Shown: positions 35,059-38,440 of the stretch, piece after piece
Numbering within the stretch: the first letter of the stretch is position 1
How the letters are laid out: every line of letters begins with the position of its first letter
Notes under the pieces: model-generated
Seen by the model: only the letters and a program-made list of their open reading frames with translations
The model's database searches: none
Told to the model about the DNA's origin: nothing
Program-made: the position numbers and the translations under genes
NCBI GenBank assembly: GCA_046760425.1
Contig: JBHIEC010000003.1
Span: 1 to 38,440, forward strand
DNA: 38,440 nt
Direction of reading: 5' to 3'
From: Anaerolineae bacterium
GTDB lineage: Bacteria > Chloroflexota > Anaerolineae > JBHIEC01

Positions 35059-35150
35059 TTTCAGCCCGACGGCTTCAGCCTCGGGCCCTTTTTCTTACGC
35101 CTGTGTTGGTTTCAAGCCCGCTGCGAGCGCTTGCGAGGGGGAGCAGTCAC
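35059..35150 (+). mobile_element. Possible non-autonomous IS200/IS605 end remnant (PATE-like)
   Basis: Hairpin AGCCCGACGGCTTCAGCCTCGGGC, then AAGCCC...GGGGAGCAGTCAC, resembling IS605 subterminal hairpins and a TCAC right end. Confidence 0.35.
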
Positions 35151-35220
35151 AGCCTGCCTAGGTCAGCAGTGACACTCCCCCACCTGGCAGTGGGGGCTTC
35201 TACAGACTTCTGAGCCAAAG

Positions 35221-38200
35221 CTACGGAGCCTCCTGGGCCTCGGTTGTCGTTGGTGACGACGTGCCTGTCGGCGTGGCAATCTCCGTGGCCGTGGGTATGG
35301 CGGTGTTCGTGGGTGGTGGTGTGTGGGTTGGCGTGGGCGTCCCCGTGGGGATGCTGGTTGATGTGGCCGGGGCCGTGCCCTGCGGCGTGGGCGTGCACAG
35401 CTCGGGGTAGATGAGACAGAAGTCCTCGGGCGTGGGCGTGGTGGTTAGGGTTGGGGTGGCCGTCGGGGTGTGGGTCAGGGTCACCGTGGGAGTGGGCGTC
35501 ACGGCCTCGTTGAAGATGGCCTCCAGTTTATAGGGCTGGGTCTGGCTGAAAGTGTTCCTGAAGCTCTGCACCAGGATGTAGTAGGTGCCCGTCACCGTAG
35601 GCAGGTAGTTGATGTCCTCCCTGTCAGTGTTGCTCTCCGAGCGGGCCACTTCCTTCTGGTCGGGATCGTAGAGGAAGAGGTCGTAGTCGGCCCCGGCCGG
35701 GATCTGGGTCAGGTGGACGACGATGGGCTCCGAAATCATGGTGACGCTGATCTTGTAGTAGTCTTTATCCGTCGCCGACCAGATATAGGCTTCGTAGGTC
35801 GTTCCGGACCTGAGGGGCCCGTAGGCTTCGGTGAAGCTGTCGTTGGGCTCCAGGAGGTCCTTCCCCGGCGTTGGTGTGGGGGTGATGGTGGGCGTGCTGG
35901 TGGGCGTGGGCGTATCCGTGGCCGTGGGCGTGGGGGTCGCCGTAGCCTCGATCACCCCGAAGGTGACCTTCAGCTTGTAGGCCGCGGCTCGGCTGTAGGT
36001 GCGGTTCTGGCTCTGCACCAGGACGTAGTACTTCCCGAGCACTGTGGGCTGGTAGGTGATTTTCTCGCTGCTGCCAGTGCCCTCCGATCGGGCCAGCTCC
36101 GTCTGGTTCGCGTCGTAGAAGAAGAGGTCGTAGTCGGTCCCGGAGGGGATATTGCTCAGCTTGATGGTGATCTCCTCCAGGGTGCTGATCTCGAACCAGT
36201 AGTAGTCCTTGTCCGTGGTGGCCCAGATGTAGGACCTGTAACTCTCCCCGGACTCTAGCGGCCCGTAGGCGGTGGAGAAGGTGTTGTTGGACTCATAAGT
36301 GTCCTTGCCCGGGGTGGGTGTCGGGGTGCGGGTGGGCGTCGTGGTGCGCGTCGGTGTGGTGGTGGGCGTGGTGGAGGGCGTAGGTGTGTTACTGGGGGTG
36401 GGGGTCGGCTCGACCTCCTCCAGGCTGAGGGTGTAGGTGTTGCCGGGAGGGGCAAACCCGAACTCGTTGACGTTGGTGATCTTGGCTATGGCTACGCCGT
36501 CCACGGGGGCGCGGAAGAGGATCTCCGACGGGTCGCGGGCCGTGGGATCGTCTTCGAAGACCTGATCACCCACCTCCACCTGGATACGGGTGTCCACCCG
36601 GGAGCCCAGGTCGTAGGTCTTGATGCGGTAGAGACGCCCCTTGATCACTGAGAAGGCTACCCAATCCACGTCGCCCGCGGGGTAGAAGGTACGCGCCTGG
36701 ACCTCCCCCAGGCCTATGGAAGCGGGACTGACGTCGTCAGGCTCGTAGGCATCCAGAAGGGTGGGGGTGGGGGTCGCCGTGGTTGTGGCTGTCACCACGC
36801 CCGTGGGGGTCAGCACCGCCGTGGGGGTGAACTCGACCGTGGCCGTCACCGTACCTGTGGGCAAGGGCTTGACGTAGGGCGTCGCGGTGGGCGACACAGG
36901 GGGGGTCGAGATGGGCGGAGGGGTGGGGGTGGGCGACGGCGCAGTCACATCGGTGCAGCTCAGACAGATCTGATCCTCGCGATGGGTGGCCTGCAGGACG
37001 TCGCTCACCGAGATTTCATAGATCACGGGCCGCATCCGGCCCTCGATCTCCTGCGTCTGGTGGGGGTAGAAGACATAATACTTATCGTCACGGAAGGCCA
37101 GGAGGCGCAGGCAGTCGTAGCGCCAGGTCCCGGAGGCGGCGGCCACAGGAGCCGGCGAATCCCCCAGATCCAGCTCCTTGTTGGCGTAGAGGCTGATCTG
37201 GGGGAAGGACTCCCCATAGCACATATCCCCCTGGGCCTGCAGTCTCCCCGCTTGGGTGAGGAAGGTAGGGATGAGCAGGAGCAGGGCGATGGCCACCCCG
37301 CGCGCCAGGTTCCGCTCCCAGCGGGTCAGGGGACGCTCTGTGCCGAAGAGTTTGGAATGGCGCAGGATGGTGACGATCTGGCTGAGCTGCGGATAGCGGG
37401 AGACGTCAACGCGATGCAGGGCCTGGCAGAAGAGCTTGTAGCTGATCCACAGCGCCCCTAGGGCAAAGGCGAAGAAGATCAGGAGCAGGGCTCGTCCCAG
37501 AAGGGGAGAGGAACCCAGGGTCTCCTGAATGACCCTGAGCCCTCCCTTGGCCGGTATGCCTTTGGTCACCAGCCAGCTCCAGAGGGGGCTCAGGCGGGGG
37601 AAGAGCAACTGAAAGCTGAACAGGTAGGCCAGGAACAGGGTCAGGATCACGGCCCAGCGGGCCCGCGCATCCTCCACCAGGGCCAGGATGCGGTCACCCA
37701 GGTAGATGAAGCCGAAGGGTATGATGAGCAGGATGGCCAGCATCAGGGCGGCGTAAAGGAGGAGCAGGGGCAGCATCAGCAGGAAGCCCAGGCTGAGGGT
37801 GATGACCTGCCAGCCGCGGGCGAAGTACTCGGCCGACAGAAAGCCGGGGGCGGAGAGGACGGACCACCCGAACTCGTTCAGGTAGCTGATCTTGTACAGC
37901 CAGCCCCAGAAGTAGACCAGGGCGGCCAGGCCGCCACAGATGGCCAGGATGGCCTGGTTGGTGCGCAGGTCCTGCAACCCGATCCGCAGGAGGGGAGCGG
38001 CCAGGGGTGCCTTGGGGGTGACCTCCTCTTCCACGCCCAGGAGGCCTTCCTCGGCCATGTCCGCCCCCGTGAGGTCAGCTTCGGCCAGGTCGGCCCCGCT
38101 GAAGTCGGCCCACCACAGGTTGGCGCGGCGCAAGTCGGCCTTCTGGAGGTTGGCATGGTGCAGGTCGGCCCAGCGCAGGTCCGCCTTCTGCAGGACGGCC

Positions 38201-38394
38201 CATTGCAGGTCGGTGCCCCGCAGGTTGGCCCAGCGCAGGTCCGCCCCCTGGAGATTGGCCCGCCCCAGGATGGCCCCGTGGAGGTCAACCCGGCTGAGGT
38301 CCGCCTGCTCCAGATCCTGGCCAGACAGATCCAGGCCCTCGGGGCCGCCGTGCTCCTCGATGCGCTTCAGCACCTGCTCTCGATCCAGTCCCAT
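35221..38394 (-). CDS. Multidomain membrane protein: N-terminal pentapeptide repeats, multi-TM region, PT linkers, three PPC-like extracellular domains
   Basis: A(D/N)Lxx repeats at aa ~20-115, hydrophobic aa ~150-380, and D.YE.N(D/N)....A...DxDY...DYDL.LY repeats. Confidence 0.85.
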   Translation of the reverse strand: MGLDREQVLKRIEEHGGPEGLDLSGQDLEQADLSRVDLHGAILGRANLQGADLRWANLRGTDLQWAVLQKADLRWADLHHANLQKADLRRANLWWADFSGADLAEADLTGADMAEEGLLGVEEEVTPKAPLAAPLLRIGLQDLRTNQAILAICGGLAALVYFWGWLYKISYLNEFGWSVLSAPGFLSAEYFARGWQVITLSLGFLLMLPLLLLYAALMLAILLIIPFGFIYLGDRILALVEDARARWAVILTLFLAYLFSFQLLFPRLSPLWSWLVTKGIPAKGGLRVIQETLGSSPLLGRALLLIFFAFALGALWISYKLFCQALHRVDVSRYPQLSQIVTILRHSKLFGTERPLTRWERNLARGVAIALLLLIPTFLTQAGRLQAQGDMCYGESFPQISLYANKELDLGDSPAPVAAASGTWRYDCLRLLAFRDDKYYVFYPHQTQEIEGRMRPVIYEISVSDVLQATHREDQICLSCTDVTAPSPTPTPPPISTPPVSPTATPYVKPLPTGTVTATVEFTPTAVLTPTGVVTATTTATPTPTLLDAYEPDDVSPASIGLGEVQARTFYPAGDVDWVAFSVIKGRLYRIKTYDLGSRVDTRIQVEVGDQVFEDDPTARDPSEILFRAPVDGVAIAKITNVNEFGFAPPGNTYTLSLEEVEPTPTPSNTPTPSTTPTTTPTRTTTPTRTPTPTPGKDTYESNNTFSTAYGPLESGESYRSYIWATTDKDYYWFEISTLEEITIKLSNIPSGTDYDLFFYDANQTELARSEGTGSSEKITYQPTVLGKYYVLVQSQNRTYSRAAAYKLKVTFGVIEATATPTPTATDTPTPTSTPTITPTPTPGKDLLEPNDSFTEAYGPLRSGTTYEAYIWSATDKDYYKISVTMISEPIVVHLTQIPAGADYDLFLYDPDQKEVARSESNTDREDINYLPTVTGTYYILVQSFRNTFSQTQPYKLEAIFNEAVTPTPTVTLTHTPTATPTLTTTPTPEDFCLIYPELCTPTPQGTAPATSTSIPTGTPTPTHTPPPTNTAIPTATEIATPTGTSSPTTTEAQEAP

Positions 38395-38440
38395 CCTCGT
38401 TTCCTTTCACCAGGGCCAGAAGGCCGGTAGTCTCCCTCTC

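Noticed and set aside
35240-36940. Pro/Thr-rich low-complexity DNA repeats (also 29070-29200 and 33120-33320)
   Set aside because: Ordinary PT linkers of surface proteins.

Overview
GC-rich bacterial chromosomal window, most likely Chloroflexota (Anaerolineae-like). This is inferred from PT-linker surface proteins, a C-terminal YLPLVMK motif, an ECF/anti-sigma pair with DUF5667/DUF5666-like domains and a mevalonate decarboxylase. The left half is mostly housekeeping: MtaD-like amidohydrolase, dcd, SufR-like regulator, MFS, PadR pair, mvaD, rseP, tldD/pmbA, acuC, yqeY, 7TM-HD phosphodiesterase, ybeY and dgkA. It also holds a decayed accessory patch at about 1.8-4.3 kb (internally deleted mutY, orphan MNT, truncated RAYT with REPs, DUF1156-like stub). 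The right half is a cell-surface/regulatory cluster: a SARP-BTAD-AAA-TPR regulator with a SARP-type target promoter, a CAP protein, an ECF sigma/anti-sigma operon and a pentapeptide-TM-PPC protein. The most striking unannotated signal is a family of fixed-length (67-68 bp) palindromic micro-elements with 15-17 bp perfect terminal inverted repeats and 2-bp target duplications. One copy is inserted in-frame into the amidohydrolase (+23 aa) and three lie upstream of the ECF sigma gene, one nested inside another. No rRNA, tRNA or CRISPR array was found. All family calls come from motif recognition by eye, not database searches.
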